Counted from the first letter of the stretch, positions 20,073 through 30,573 are shown. The stretch: DNA of 64,000 bases from Candidatus Poseidoniaceae archaeon (GCA_949372645.1 CASIAP010000001.1:17802-81801), one strand, 5' to 3'. A program made the numbers and translations. The notes: a model not told the origin generated them from the sequence alone.

Positions 20073-20093
20073 TATATAACGACTATATAAAAA
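20073..20093 (-). promoter_or_regulatory. Canonical TATA box of tbp (TTTTTATATA) plus a second TTATATA 11 bp downstream
   Basis: Minus strand reads TTTTTATATAGTCGTTATATATGG; the TTTATATA begins 29 nt before ATG 20062. Confidence 0.7.
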
Positions 20094-20142
20094 GAAGGCA
20101 GGCACCATAGCACTTATCGACGTGAAAAAGAAGAGACTACGA

Positions 20143-21336
20143 CTATGCCTTTGGTTTCGTAGTCCATAATGGTAAATTTTTGGATTCATCAATGGATAAG
20201 CCGACGTTACCAAATTTGGAAATGAGTGTTCTTCCACCTGCCAATTCAATGGCTTCACTGGTTTGTTTCGGGTTGGTAGTCAAAGCGACCATACAACCAC
20301 CTCCGCCGGCACCGGTAAGTTTGGCGCCCAATGCAGTAGGAGCTGCAGCACGAATCAGGTTTTCCAACTCGGGACAAGATACACCGAGGCCTTGTAACAT
20401 GATTTGATTCTCACTCATCGCCCTTCCCACTCCGGCGTAATCTCCTTCTCGCAAGGATTGAATTCCCCGACGAGCAATCATACCAATGGTTTCAATTTCT
20501 TTCATTCGTTCAGGATGTGCTTCAATCGTTGCAGCTACTTTGGCGACTTGGTGGGATGTCGGTGCATGGACTCCTGTATTACCGATGACCAAAAACATCT
20601 CTTCGGTAGATTTCGGCAAGTCGATTGAATGTAAATGCCAGATTCGTTCACCCTCTGGCATTTCAAGGCGTCGCGTATAGAGATATTCTTCATCAGATTC
20701 AAGGGAATCTGAAAGAAGAACAATACCGCCATGAGCGCACGTTGAAGCATCCATCGGTGAAGCCCTACCACCTTGTGCAACCGCTTCGACCGAATGAGCG
20801 AGTAAGGCGCACTCATCAAGATCTACAACGCTTTCATCAGTGACATAGTGGTTTGTGTCCCCATCTTCGCCGCTTCGAAAAGCATTGATTTCTTGGTCTT
20901 CAACGGAATACAACTCCTTATTCTCAAAGTGACTTGAATAACCTTCAGCCCAGGAATTTGTGTTTTGTGGCTGGCCGGCTGCATTGAACCATCGACCTCG
21001 TGCTGTTCTCAACGCAGCACTTGCAGCAACAGAAAGTGCAGCAGAAGAACCCAGTCCAGATGCAGGCGGAATGTCCCCACTTATCTGGATGACAAGGTTT
21101 GGTGCACCTTGATGATGTTGCCATAATCTATTTCGTAAAGCTTGAACGTGTGGATGTCGTTTTGGATTGAATTGCATTCCATCAATTTTCCAAGACTCAC
21201 TTTCGGAGCCTAATGTCTCAATCGAGACTGAAATACGTTGCTCGATAGCGACCGCCACTGCAGGTTGCCCATAGACTACAGCATGCTCTCCAAAGAGAAT
21301 GCATTTTCCTGGAGCGCTCGCTGTTACTCGTCCCAA
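20143..21336 (-). CDS. mvk: Mevalonate kinase (GHMP family)
   Basis: ASAPGKCILFGEHAVVYG, PPASGLGSSAA, AKLTGAGGGGC. Probable TTG start at 21336 after SD GAGGGGG; the ORF extension to 21552 overlaps the divergent gene. Confidence 0.9.
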   Translation of the reverse strand: MGRVTASAPGKCILFGEHAVVYGQPAVAVAIEQRISVSIETLGSESESWKIDGMQFNPKRHPHVQALRNRLWQHHQGAPNLVIQISGDIPPASGLGSSAALSVAASAALRTARGRWFNAAGQPQNTNSWAEGYSSHFENKELYSVEDQEINAFRSGEDGDTNHYVTDESVVDLDECALLAHSVEAVAQGGRASPMDASTCAHGGIVLLSDSLESDEEYLYTRRLEMPEGERIWHLHSIDLPKSTEEMFLVIGNTGVHAPTSHQVAKVAATIEAHPERMKEIETIGMIARRGIQSLREGDYAGVGRAMSENQIMLQGLGVSCPELENLIRAAAPTALGAKLTGAGGGGCMVALTTNPKQTSEAIELAGGRTLISKFGNVGLSIDESKNLPLWTTKPKA

Positions 21337-21481
21337 ACAATCCCCCTCATGTTCACCAGCACCTTTCGCTTCATATCCCTTGTTCTTAGTCGATGGTCTT
21401 TGAGTCGGAATTGTCGGTGCATTGAAGGTTTGAACTTGTCTGCCACTGGCTATGGGAATCTTTCCCTTGAGCTGATATGAG

Positions 21482-23527
21482 ATGGAACATCCATTGACAA
21501 TGACATATGGCCCCGTATCCGGGTGGGTCATACTCCTTCTTCTCGGAGGCATTTCAGGTTCCTTTTTCCTCTATCAAGTTGTCAAAGCCTCTCGATTAGT
21601 TCTCATAGGTTCACCTGACAAGCGTTTCGATAACTGGGGGGCAAGAATCAAAGAGGTTCTTACCGGTTGGCTTGGACAGAAAAAAGTTCTCAAAGACCGT
21701 GTAGCAGGCGTTATTCACGTCCTCATGTTCTGGGGCTTTCTCATGCTATCAACCGATATGTTTGACTTGGCCACAGCGAATTGGTTTTCACATAACATCC
21801 TGCCAAGCTTTGTCCGGGGCCCTTGGAATCTCGTCGTTGAGACCGGTTACACCATTGCACTCATCGGCTGTGTTGCTGCATTGGTTCGTCGACTCATCTT
21901 TACACCTGAAAAACTGAAGGGAAAATCTCAACTTGAAGGTAATTTTATTCTTGTGCTCATCATGACCATCACCGTAACAGCGTTCTTTGTTGAAGCAGGT
22001 GAATCTACAGTATCATCAACTTGGGAACCGATTGGCTCATGGGTTGCTTCGAGTTTGGTTCCAAGCACAACATTAGTTGTTGGCGCCTATTGGATGCACA
22101 TGCTTGCCATATCCACGTTCTTGTTCCTCATTCCTCTTTCAAAGCACATGCACCTGGTGATGGCCTTTCCAAACGTCTTCTTTCATGATATGCGCCCAAT
22201 GGCTGCAATGGAGCCACTTGCTCGTGGTGAGGATGGAAAAGCAGTGCCTCTTGATGACCTCGATATTGAATCCTTTGGAACAGTAAACTACACCGATTTG
22301 ACTTGGCGAAACCTCATCGATGGTTGGGCTTGCACTTCCTGTGCCCGTTGCCAAGACGTTTGTCCTGCTTATGCCTCTGGGAAATCGTTGAATCCAATGC
22401 AAATTATTCACGATGTTCGTCATTATGCAAACGATAACGCGAGCACTTTACTTGCTGGAGAAACTCCTGCACAAGACATCATCGCTCGTTTCGGTGAAGA
22501 TGCCATTTGGGCGTGTACGACTTGTCACGCTTGTGTTGAAGCGTGTCCAATTTACATTGACCATGTTCCAAAATTAACCGATGCACGACGTCACTTGATG
22601 ATGGAGCGTATGGAATTTGATGAATCCGTTGAAGACACGGTCATGCCACTTATGGCTATGATTGAGAACCTTGAATCCGATTCAAATCCTTATGGATTAC
22701 CTTCTCACGAACGTGGCGACTGGGCAGAAGGTCTTGATGTCAAAGTCGCAGAACCAGCAGAATACATTTACTTCGCAGGCTGTGCAGCATCCTTCGATGA
22801 GCGAAACAAGAAAGTGGCTCGTGATACAATCAGTATCATGAAAGAGGCTGGCCTTGATGTTGGAATCCTCGGAATGGAAGAAGGTTGCAGTGGTGATGCT
22901 GCCCGTCGTGCAGGGAATGAATATCTCTTCCAGATGCTTGCAGAAACCAATTTGTCAACGTTTGAAGATATTGGTGTGAAAAAGATCGTAGCCTCCTGTC
23001 CTCATTGTTTCCACACCCTTGGAAAAGAATACAAGGACTATGGTGGAGAAGACATCGAAGTGATGCACCACTCACAACTCATCAGTCACCTGCAGCAAGA
23101 AGGAAAGTTACCTGAACCGAAGCATGACGGTTCAGTGACCTACCACGATCCATGTTACCTCGGTCGAATCGGTGGCGAAGTCGATGCACCTCGAGATGCC
23201 ATTGGTGGCGTCGATGTTGAAGTTGGTCGCCATGGAAAGGAATCGTTCTGCTGCGGTGCTGGTGGAGCACAAATGTGGATGGAAGAACATGTTGATGATG
23301 AGCATGACCGTGTCAACGTAATCCGCTCAAAGGAACTGGCAGAAACCGGTGCTGACACCGTTGCTGTTGGATGTCCATTCTGTTCAACGATGGTGACCGA
23401 TGGATTGAGTGCGATTGGTTCTGAGATGGAAGTCAAAGATATCGCTGAAATTGTTTGGGAACAAATCAAAGCAAACGATGCTGCAATCGAAGCAAAAAAG
23501 GCTGAAGTCGAACCAGCAGAAGCCTGA
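21482..23527 (+). CDS. Membrane-bound Fe-S oxidoreductase (FadF/HdrD-like; TM domain, 2x[4Fe-4S], two CCG domains)
   Basis: About 6 N-terminal TM helices with His; CTSCARCQDVCP; CTTCHACVEACP; SCPHC; YHDPCYLGR; CCGAGG; GCPFC. Confidence 0.9.
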   Translation: MEHPLTMTYGPVSGWVILLLLGGISGSFFLYQVVKASRLVLIGSPDKRFDNWGARIKEVLTGWLGQKKVLKDRVAGVIHVLMFWGFLMLSTDMFDLATANWFSHNILPSFVRGPWNLVVETGYTIALIGCVAALVRRLIFTPEKLKGKSQLEGNFILVLIMTITVTAFFVEAGESTVSSTWEPIGSWVASSLVPSTTLVVGAYWMHMLAISTFLFLIPLSKHMHLVMAFPNVFFHDMRPMAAMEPLARGEDGKAVPLDDLDIESFGTVNYTDLTWRNLIDGWACTSCARCQDVCPAYASGKSLNPMQIIHDVRHYANDNASTLLAGETPAQDIIARFGEDAIWACTTCHACVEACPIYIDHVPKLTDARRHLMMERMEFDESVEDTVMPLMAMIENLESDSNPYGLPSHERGDWAEGLDVKVAEPAEYIYFAGCAASFDERNKKVARDTISIMKEAGLDVGILGMEEGCSGDAARRAGNEYLFQMLAETNLSTFEDIGVKKIVASCPHCFHTLGKEYKDYGGEDIEVMHHSQLISHLQQEGKLPEPKHDGSVTYHDPCYLGRIGGEVDAPRDAIGGVDVEVGRHGKESFCCGAGGAQMWMEEHVDDEHDRVNVIRSKELAETGADTVAVGCPFCSTMVTDGLSAIGSEMEVKDIAEIVWEQIKANDAAIEAKKAEVEPAEA

Positions 23528-23547
23528 GCAACCGATGAGGTGGCACA

Positions 23548-24504
23548 GTGGTATCGAAGCTTTCTCAAAGCGCTTTACTCGCTTGGTACGCTGAAACAAA
23601 ACGAGATTTACCTTGGCGTCATACCAGCGATGGTTGGAAGATTCTTCTCTCTGAAATCTTACTTCAGCAAACTCAAGTCAGTCGAGGTATTGGCTATTGG
23701 CTAAAATTGGTCGAACGCTTTCCAACACCGCAATCTATGGCAGAGGCAGAGGTCGATGAAGTTCTCCTTCTCTGGCAAGGTGCAGGCTACTATAGCCGTG
23801 CTCGAAGATTGCATGCATTGGCTCGTCAGGTTTGTCTTCCTTCAAGCGAAGGAGGCTTCGATGGTGTCTTGCCTACAGCTTCAGTTCAACTGCTCCAGTT
23901 ACCTGGAGTTGGTCCCTACACGGCATCTGCTGTTGCCAGCATCGCCTATGGCGAACCTGTAGCCTGTGTTGATGGTAATATTCGTCGTGTGATGGCGCGA
24001 CAAACGAAATCAGTAAATCCTTCAGTAAAGGAAGTTGACCATTGGGCGGAAAAACACCTCTTCAAGCCTGATGCAGGAGATTGGAATCAGGCTGTGATGG
24101 AACTGGGTGCAACTGTATGCACACCGAAGCGGCCGAAATGTGACGACTGCCCGATTGCCTCAAGTTGCTCAGGTCGACACGAGGCCACTTCCTATCCCGA
24201 AGCCAAAAAAGTCAAGCGGAAGCGACTTGACCTCATGTGTGAACTTCGTTACGATTCATCTGGACTTCCTCAGCTTGTTCAAAGAGGAGAAAATGGAATT
24301 CTTGCAGGGCTTTGGGGGCCAAGAATGGCAGAGCACATTGAGATAGAGTCATTAGAATTCATTGGAGAGGTGAAGCATGTTCTTTCACACAGAGATATTT
24401 TTGTTCAAGTCTGGCTTGGTCACTGTCAAAACGGAATCGATCCAGAAACCGTTGCACTTTCATCATTAGATCGAAAGATACTCGCACTCGGGACAGGAAA
24501 CTGA
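23548..24504 (+). CDS. mutY: A/G-specific adenine glycosylase
   Basis: RDLPWR, SEILLQQT, WQGAGYYSRARRL, HhH LPGVGPYTA, VDGNI, FCL motif CTPKRPKCDDCP. Confidence 0.93.
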   Translation: MVSKLSQSALLAWYAETKRDLPWRHTSDGWKILLSEILLQQTQVSRGIGYWLKLVERFPTPQSMAEAEVDEVLLLWQGAGYYSRARRLHALARQVCLPSSEGGFDGVLPTASVQLLQLPGVGPYTASAVASIAYGEPVACVDGNIRRVMARQTKSVNPSVKEVDHWAEKHLFKPDAGDWNQAVMELGATVCTPKRPKCDDCPIASSCSGRHEATSYPEAKKVKRKRLDLMCELRYDSSGLPQLVQRGENGILAGLWGPRMAEHIEIESLEFIGEVKHVLSHRDIFVQVWLGHCQNGIDPETVALSSLDRKILALGTGN

Positions 24505-24511
24505 ACTGAAC

Positions 24512-25240
24512 TCAAGAGACCAATTCATCCTTTGACAGATTCTTTGCTTTCAAGTCTGGTTCAAAGGCAGCGAGTGTAATAATCAAACCAATAAACAAAA
24601 TATATTCTGCCATGGCCGCATAATTAATCGCTGATTGAATTGTGTCAAGTCTATGCAACAAAGTGTCTCCATTGCTCAATTCATCCTGGTTCGAGCCAAT
24701 GAAGAAGATCAAAATTAGATTCATGGCAATTAAGCCAAATACAGCCATTCCCAATCCAATACGGCGGAGTTTTTTACCAGAGGTTTCTGTACTTTCAACG
24801 AGAAGATGGGTCGAAGTACCCCAAATGAGTCCTCCTACAAAAACGAAAAACGCTACGACACAATGCCATAAAAGCGCATCATACATGTTGACATATCCCA
24901 AAACAATTATTGCTACGCCAGTTGTTATTCCTGAATAAAAAGAGATACGAGTCTGCTTTGTTTTATCGGAGGATAGAAACAGGAGTCTGAAGCGATATGC
25001 GATGATACAAAGAACACCACCACTGATGGTGAGTCCTGTCGTGAAAATCCATCGCTCAAGTCCTGGATGATCTGCTTCGGAAATGAAAAAGGGCAGAGTG
25101 CGAGCATTTCCACTCAGAGCGTGAATCAACATTGAAAGGGCAACAGTAAGTAACGGCAAGAGCCAACCAATTCGTGCAAGAACATGGTCGGCGATCTCGA
25201 AACCTGCAACTTCAATGCCATTCTCACACTCAAGATTCAT
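24512..25240 (-). CDS. Frag1/DRAM/Sfk1-like 6-TM membrane protein
   Basis: LPFFISEADHPGLERWIFT resembles the family N-terminal P.ISD.G...PE..IF motif; His in LWHCVVA; terminal AMAEY. Start uncertain. Confidence 0.6.
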   Translation of the reverse strand: MNLECENGIEVAGFEIADHVLARIGWLLPLLTVALSMLIHALSGNARTLPFFISEADHPGLERWIFTTGLTISGGVLCIIAYRFRLLFLSSDKTKQTRISFYSGITTGVAIIVLGYVNMYDALLWHCVVAFFVFVGGLIWGTSTHLLVESTETSGKKLRRIGLGMAVFGLIAMNLILIFFIGSNQDELSNGDTLLHRLDTIQSAINYAAMAEYILFIGLIITLAAFEPDLKAKNLSKDELVS

Positions 25241-26267
25241 TCGAAAAGGCCTCCACAGTGTCGGTTATACAGGCTTCAAACGATTCCCATTCCATGCCCA
25301 ATACATCAGTTGCTTTCTTTGAGGAGAGATTTGCATCTCCTTTGAAATATCCTTTGACGGCTTTTCGAGTCATACGGCGTTCAGCTCCAAATATGCCCAT
25401 CAACCAATCTTGGAAGACGACAATGAACATCAATGAACGAGGAACAGCATGCCGTGGAGATTTCGTTTCAGGGTATTGCTCACGTATTGTACGGCACACA
25501 TCAGCGATTGTTTTGTTTTTGTGAGGCGCAACAATGAATCGGCCTTTTGCTTCATCGACTTCGAACGCTCGGCGATGAGCCCGTGCAACATCTCGAACAT
25601 GGACAATCGGAAGTGGGATTTTTGGAGCAAGTGGGAATTTGCCTTGGATGGCATCAGGGAAATAATCAACGCTGGGGGTTGGTTTTGCAAAGCCTCCACC
25701 GAGAACTGCACCTGGATTGATGACGCGTAAATCGAGTCCGTGCTTTTTCGCTAATTCCCAAGCGAGTCTTTCCGATTCGGTCTTGGCTACCGTATAGGGC
25801 GATGAGCGTAGAGTCTGCCAATCCTCTTCGGTTTTTTCACGGCCTTTCGGGAGTGACCCAATAGCTGCAACACTGGAGGTGTAAATCACTCGCGGAATCT
25901 TGGCTTGTTTGGCTGCTGTAAGCAAATGCGTCGTACCTTTATTGGCCGTATCGATAATGATTTGAGCATTCTTTGAATTTGAATAGACTGTTGCGGTATG
26001 GAATAAAGCATCACAACCCGACAGTTTTTCAGCCCACCCGTCTGCATCCAATACATCACCTTCAACCAACACAAGACGAGATTCACAATCCAAATCGAGT
26101 GCATGCTGACGGACATGGTCAACCTTCTGAGGGTCTGAAAGACTTCGAACAGACCCAATCACGTTGTAGCCATGTTCAAGCAAGTCTCGAACGATATGGT
26201 TACCAATATGGCCGTTAACACCGGTGACAAAAATGGTCGTCGAAACAGCCTCATTCCCATCTTTCAT
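25230..26267 (-). CDS. NAD(P)-dependent epimerase/dihydroflavonol-reductase-like extended SDR
   Basis: VTGVNGHIG, FHTA, YTSSVAA, YTVAK (YxxxK), VHVRDVA. Confidence 0.88.
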   Translation of the reverse strand: MKDGNEAVSTTIFVTGVNGHIGNHIVRDLLEHGYNVIGSVRSLSDPQKVDHVRQHALDLDCESRLVLVEGDVLDADGWAEKLSGCDALFHTATVYSNSKNAQIIIDTANKGTTHLLTAAKQAKIPRVIYTSSVAAIGSLPKGREKTEEDWQTLRSSPYTVAKTESERLAWELAKKHGLDLRVINPGAVLGGGFAKPTPSVDYFPDAIQGKFPLAPKIPLPIVHVRDVARAHRRAFEVDEAKGRFIVAPHKNKTIADVCRTIREQYPETKSPRHAVPRSLMFIVVFQDWLMGIFGAERRMTRKAVKGYFKGDANLSSKKATDVLGMEWESFEACITDTVEAFSNES

Positions 26268-26333
26268 GCCATCCCCACATGGTAATGTGTCTTAACCTTC
26301 AAGTGAGGCTGTTCACACCGCTGGTTGAATCCC

Positions 26334-27824
26334 ATGCCCATTCGACTGCACGACACCCGAAGGAGAGACAAAGTCGAATTTACGACTATGGAACCTGGAA
26401 AAGTATCGATGTATGTCTGTGGTGTAACTGTTTACGACCGTTGTCATTTAGGGCATGCTCGTTGTTATCTCGCATTCGATTTGATTCATCGCTGGCTAGA
26501 AGTCTCGGGTTTTGACGTTCATTATGTTCAAAACTTCACCGACATTGATGACAAAATCATTCAACGTGCAAACGAGTTAGGTGGCGATTGGAAAAAGTTG
26601 GTTGATGATAACATTGCCACGTATTACGAAGATATGGATGCACTCAATATTCTTCGAGCAGATGATTATCCACGATGTACCGATTACGTCGATGACATGA
26701 TCCGAATCACTCAGGACCTTATCGACAAAGGCCATGCATACCAAACTGATGAAGGCGTCTATTTTCATATTGATTCTGCACCTGAAAAATACGGTGCACT
26801 TACCGGCCAAAACATCGAAGCAGTTCGTTCAGGGGCTGGAGGCCGAGTTGGAGCCACAGGTTCAGCAAAGAAAGATCACAAGGATTTCGCACTTTGGAAA
26901 ACAGCCAAACCAGGTGAGCCAACTTGGGATTCTCCTTGGGGCCCAGGACGTCCGGGATGGCACATCGAATGCACCGCTATGTCGATGGATTACTTCGGTG
27001 CTCAATTTGATATTCACGGTGGGGGCCACGATTTACGTTTCCCTCATCACGAAGCAGAAATCTTCCAAGGTGAATGCCACACAGGATGCAGTCCAGTCGT
27101 TCACCACTGGTTGCACAATGGTTTTGTCAACATCGATGGCGAGAAAATGAGTAAGTCACTTGGGAACTTTTGGACGATTCAAGATATTCTTGAGAAAGTC
27201 GATGCAATGGTTCTCCGCTTCTCGCTCATTAATGCGCATTACCGTTCTCCGATTGACATGAATGAAACCATACTCAAGGATGCTGAACGAAACTACAACC
27301 GTCTGCTTGAAAACTATGTCCGGGCGTTGAAAATCTCAATCATCGAACCCTCTCCAGTTGATTTGCCCAAAGCCGATATCACAAGTTCACAACCACTTTC
27401 ACGCACTTTAGGAATGCTCGAAAAAATGGCTGAAGGATTTGCTCAGGCAATGGATGATGACTTCAACAGCCGTGAAGCAATCGCAAAGGTTTTGGGCGCA
27501 GTACGAGAAATTGGTAAAACACTCGACAGTAGTTTAGACCAAGCTGATAATCATGCATTTGCACGGTATGCTGTAGACTGGCTCGAAGAAACAGCAGGAG
27601 CAGTTCTTGGCGTTCTTCCTTCACGTGAAATGGCACTTGCCGAACCTGAAGAAGATCCACGCCGTGTTGCAGTTGCTGATGAAGTAGAGTTACTCTTAGT
27701 GGCTCGTGGTGAAGCACGAACGACCAAGGATTGGCCGAAGGCCGATGAAATCCGTGACCAGCTCAAAGCAATGGGTGTCGTCGTAAAAGATACGCCCGAT
27801 GGACCTGCATGGTCTCTCGAGTGA
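26334..27824 (+). CDS. cysS: Cysteine--tRNA ligase
   Basis: [40 protein letters not shown]. Confidence 0.97.
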   Translation: MPIRLHDTRRRDKVEFTTMEPGKVSMYVCGVTVYDRCHLGHARCYLAFDLIHRWLEVSGFDVHYVQNFTDIDDKIIQRANELGGDWKKLVDDNIATYYEDMDALNILRADDYPRCTDYVDDMIRITQDLIDKGHAYQTDEGVYFHIDSAPEKYGALTGQNIEAVRSGAGGRVGATGSAKKDHKDFALWKTAKPGEPTWDSPWGPGRPGWHIECTAMSMDYFGAQFDIHGGGHDLRFPHHEAEIFQGECHTGCSPVVHHWLHNGFVNIDGEKMSKSLGNFWTIQDILEKVDAMVLRFSLINAHYRSPIDMNETILKDAERNYNRLLENYVRALKISIIEPSPVDLPKADITSSQPLSRTLGMLEKMAEGFAQAMDDDFNSREAIAKVLGAVREIGKTLDSSLDQADNHAFARYAVDWLEETAGAVLGVLPSREMALAEPEEDPRRVAVADEVELLLVARGEARTTKDWPKADEIRDQLKAMGVVVKDTPDGPAWSLE

Positions 27825-27825
27825 A

Positions 27826-30573
27826 TCACTCTTCTTCATCTGAAGTTGGTGGACTCATTTTCATTGGTGGTAGGGCAGGAACAAATCCAGCAACGTTTCC
27901 ATCAAGCAGAGTTGCTCCATCCAATGCGTCATCATCCCACATTTTTTCAATTAATGCCCCTTGATTCAAATTGAGTTCATCCTTTTTGCCTCTCGATGCG
28001 AACAGCAAGCCTCCAGCGAGGAAAATGACAGCGGCAAAGAGAAGATATTTTGCTCTGTTTTCTGGGCTGTCTGAAGAACTTGAATCTGCATCACTGGTGC
28101 CTTGATCTTTATCAATACATTCTCCCGAAAAAGTATACGTGAGAGAAGGACAATCATTATCTGTACCGCCAGTTGTATCTGTACCGCCAGTTGTATCAGT
28201 GCCGCCAGTTGTATCAGTGCCGCCAGTTGTATCTGTACCGCCAGTTGTATCTGTACCGCCAGTTGTATCTGTACCGCCGGTGTTGTCATTACCACCAGTG
28301 TTGTCATTACCACCAGTATTGGATGAGTCTGTAGTCAAGTCAACATTGGCACCGGTGCGGTCACCATCGGCATCCATTGAGATGTCATAGAAGGTATAAA
28401 GTTTCGAAAGGTCGATATGGGTGTTCGCCCAAGTTGAGCGGTTGATGACATCGAAGTATCGTTCATCACCAGTCGTGAAAATTGGGTCGACCGTTATGTT
28501 TCTGAGTTGCGAGACTCCCGTGTTTGCTGAATTCTTGCCGTCGAATGCCGTGTTAAGGTACGATTGAACTTCTGCATCAGTACTCCATGCCACACCTTCT
28601 GGTGCAGTCCAGTGTTCACGGATATCGGAGACATCGTTTCGCATAGCCATTGCCATACCAGCTTCAATCTCTACCCAAGTTTGTGAGCCATCGACAACAG
28701 TCGTAGAAGTGATGTCAAGTGCTTTTGAAACACCACCGCCAGTAATTGGTTCCCAGTCATCACCCTTGAGCGCAGTCATGATGTCTTGGTCACCAAACAG
28801 TGCCTTTCCGTTCACGACAGTGAGGCGAACATCAGCATCAATAGCCTCAATGAGATTTCGATACGGATCGTCGTGGAAGGTATCAATGACCACGAGGTCT
28901 GCTACCATTCCAGTTTTGATTTTCCCAACATAATCTTGCCATTGAGCAGCAGCGGCAGGGTTTGATGTGACCATTTCCACCATTTGATAATTGGTGAAAT
29001 ACGATTCCATGATCTCACTGTTCCAAAGGTCGGCAGTCTTGAGTTCATGCAAATTATTTTTCGAACCACTTGGACCCCAATCAGGTGCTAAAGATATTTT
29101 GATGCCAGCCTTGTCAGCTGCACGTACATCGGTTGTGTTTCCATAAAGCAGGAGATTGGAGAGTGGTGACCACACCAATTTAGAGCCAACAGCACCCATT
29201 GATTCAAATTGTGATGGCGTAAGTGCTGTACCGTGAATTATAACAGTAGGTTCAGCGAGAAGACCCTTGGTTTTGAGTAAATCAAATTCATTCCTGCTGG
29301 TTTGGTCAACACCTTCTGACAAGTGTATGTACCATGCTTCAATATCACCATCATTGAAATCAGCAATTTTGCCATCGGAATTATAATCCGATTCATACCA
29401 TGAACATACTGCGCAAGTGACGCCTTTCTCTTTTCCAAAATTATACAATTCTACGTTTCGTGAAAGAGTGCTATCCCATGCGTCATTGCCGGATGGGGAA
29501 CCCTGAACTGCAGTGACACCGCCCGAAATTGCTTGGACTTCGGCGTACTTCATTTGTTCAGTTGCCAAGCCCCATTGACTGTTCGATTGAACGTTGTTTT
29601 TCATCCAAGTGATGCTCGGTTGGTAGTCGTAGTTGTTCCCCCACTGACCACGATTGGTGTAGCCGCCTTCGGCTGATCTTTGAGATTCAGAGAGGTGAAC
29701 ATCAAAATCCCACAGAGGAATGTGATTGTAGTGCATGTGGTTGTGCAAGTCAATCAGTCCAGGATAAATTGTGCCGTTGGTTTCTATGACGACAGCATTG
29801 GTTAAATCAGCAGTAAATGGTATTGAAGAACTGGATGACCAAACTGCATCAATCATGCCGTCTCGAACCAAAACATTGCCTTGGTTTAAGACGCTGTTTT
29901 CGCCTTCCATGGTGACGACTCGACCCTTGAGGAGGTATGCATCAGATGAGGAGGTATCAGCTACTTTGAAACATTTCACGATGTTGAGGGCAACACTTGA
30001 GTCCGGGTCGTTTGGGCCCCAACCTGGTGAAGGGTCTACTTCAACAGCATTACCGGATGAGTCAATCACAATGGAATTGCCGTAAAATCCGAATTCCTTA
30101 GGAATTGTCATAGAGTTCGAAATGCTATTCGATGTGTCAGTAACCGTGACTGTTTCCATTTCAAAATAGCTCAATATAATATCTGAATCAGCGCTAAAGA
30201 CAGCTATTCTTTGGTCCGGTTCCATCACCGTATTCCAAGCAAGTTGGCAAGGTGGACTGCCGGACGAGGAGCTGAGTACCCAATCCGAAACATTGACTGG
30301 AAAAGAACCAGTGTTCCATAATTCGATGAATTGGTCCGAATACTTACCGTAATCACCGTCGTTGTTCCAATCGACTGCATTGTATATGTTCGTATTAGTT
30401 GCATTCGATTTCAACTGGTTTGGGCTTCTGAAAAGTTCGGATACTACGATTGTTGAATCACGGGCACTCACTTCTGAACTCTCATTGAATTCATACGGGT
30501 CAGGATTCGATGGAATCAACGGTGCAAGAAACAGAACGAGGACTAGAAGTGTCGTCAGTTGGGCGAGGCGCAT
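27826..30573 (-). CDS. Exported, C-terminally anchored metal-dependent amidohydrolase with lamin-tail-like domain
   Basis: Signal peptide; LTD-like DQFIELWN; PGLIDLHNH, IHLSEG, IIHGT, APDW motifs; Gly/Thr/Asp linker; C-terminal TM. Start ATG 30573. Confidence 0.85.
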   Translation of the reverse strand: MRLAQLTTLLVLVLFLAPLIPSNPDPYEFNESSEVSARDSTIVVSELFRSPNQLKSNATNTNIYNAVDWNNDGDYGKYSDQFIELWNTGSFPVNVSDWVLSSSSGSPPCQLAWNTVMEPDQRIAVFSADSDIILSYFEMETVTVTDTSNSISNSMTIPKEFGFYGNSIVIDSSGNAVEVDPSPGWGPNDPDSSVALNIVKCFKVADTSSSDAYLLKGRVVTMEGENSVLNQGNVLVRDGMIDAVWSSSSSIPFTADLTNAVVIETNGTIYPGLIDLHNHMHYNHIPLWDFDVHLSESQRSAEGGYTNRGQWGNNYDYQPSITWMKNNVQSNSQWGLATEQMKYAEVQAISGGVTAVQGSPSGNDAWDSTLSRNVELYNFGKEKGVTCAVCSWYESDYNSDGKIADFNDGDIEAWYIHLSEGVDQTSRNEFDLLKTKGLLAEPTVIIHGTALTPSQFESMGAVGSKLVWSPLSNLLLYGNTTDVRAADKAGIKISLAPDWGPSGSKNNLHELKTADLWNSEIMESYFTNYQMVEMVTSNPAAAAQWQDYVGKIKTGMVADLVVIDTFHDDPYRNLIEAIDADVRLTVVNGKALFGDQDIMTALKGDDWEPITGGGVSKALDITSTTVVDGSQTWVEIEAGMAMAMRNDVSDIREHWTAPEGVAWSTDAEVQSYLNTAFDGKNSANTGVSQLRNITVDPIFTTGDERYFDVINRSTWANTHIDLSKLYTFYDISMDADGDRTGANVDLTTDSSNTGGNDNTGGNDNTGGTDTTGGTDTTGGTDTTGGTDTTGGTDTTGGTDTTGGTDNDCPSLTYTFSGECIDKDQGTSDADSSSSDSPENRAKYLLFAAVIFLAGGLLFASRGKKDELNLNQGALIEKMWDDDALDGATLLDGNVAGFVPALPPMKMSPPTSDEEE
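28158..28320. repeat. 18-bp coding tandem repeat (~9 units; GGTDTT/GGNDNT linker)
   Basis: Repeated gttgtatctgtaccgcca units, with tcagtg and ttgtcattacca variants. Confidence 0.92.

Noticed and set aside
21337-21552. Long N-terminal extension of mevalonate kinase
   Set aside because: It overlaps the divergent oxidoreductase gene; an SD-supported TTG at 21336 lies right before the conserved ASAPGK motif.
22505-22550. CTTCH as a heme c attachment site (substrate for Ccm)
   Set aside because: It is part of the ferredoxin-type CxxCxxCxxxCP [4Fe-4S] motif.
28158-28320. Tandem repeat considered as a CRISPR array
   Set aside because: 18-bp head-to-tail units with no spacers, in frame within a CDS, and no cas genes nearby.
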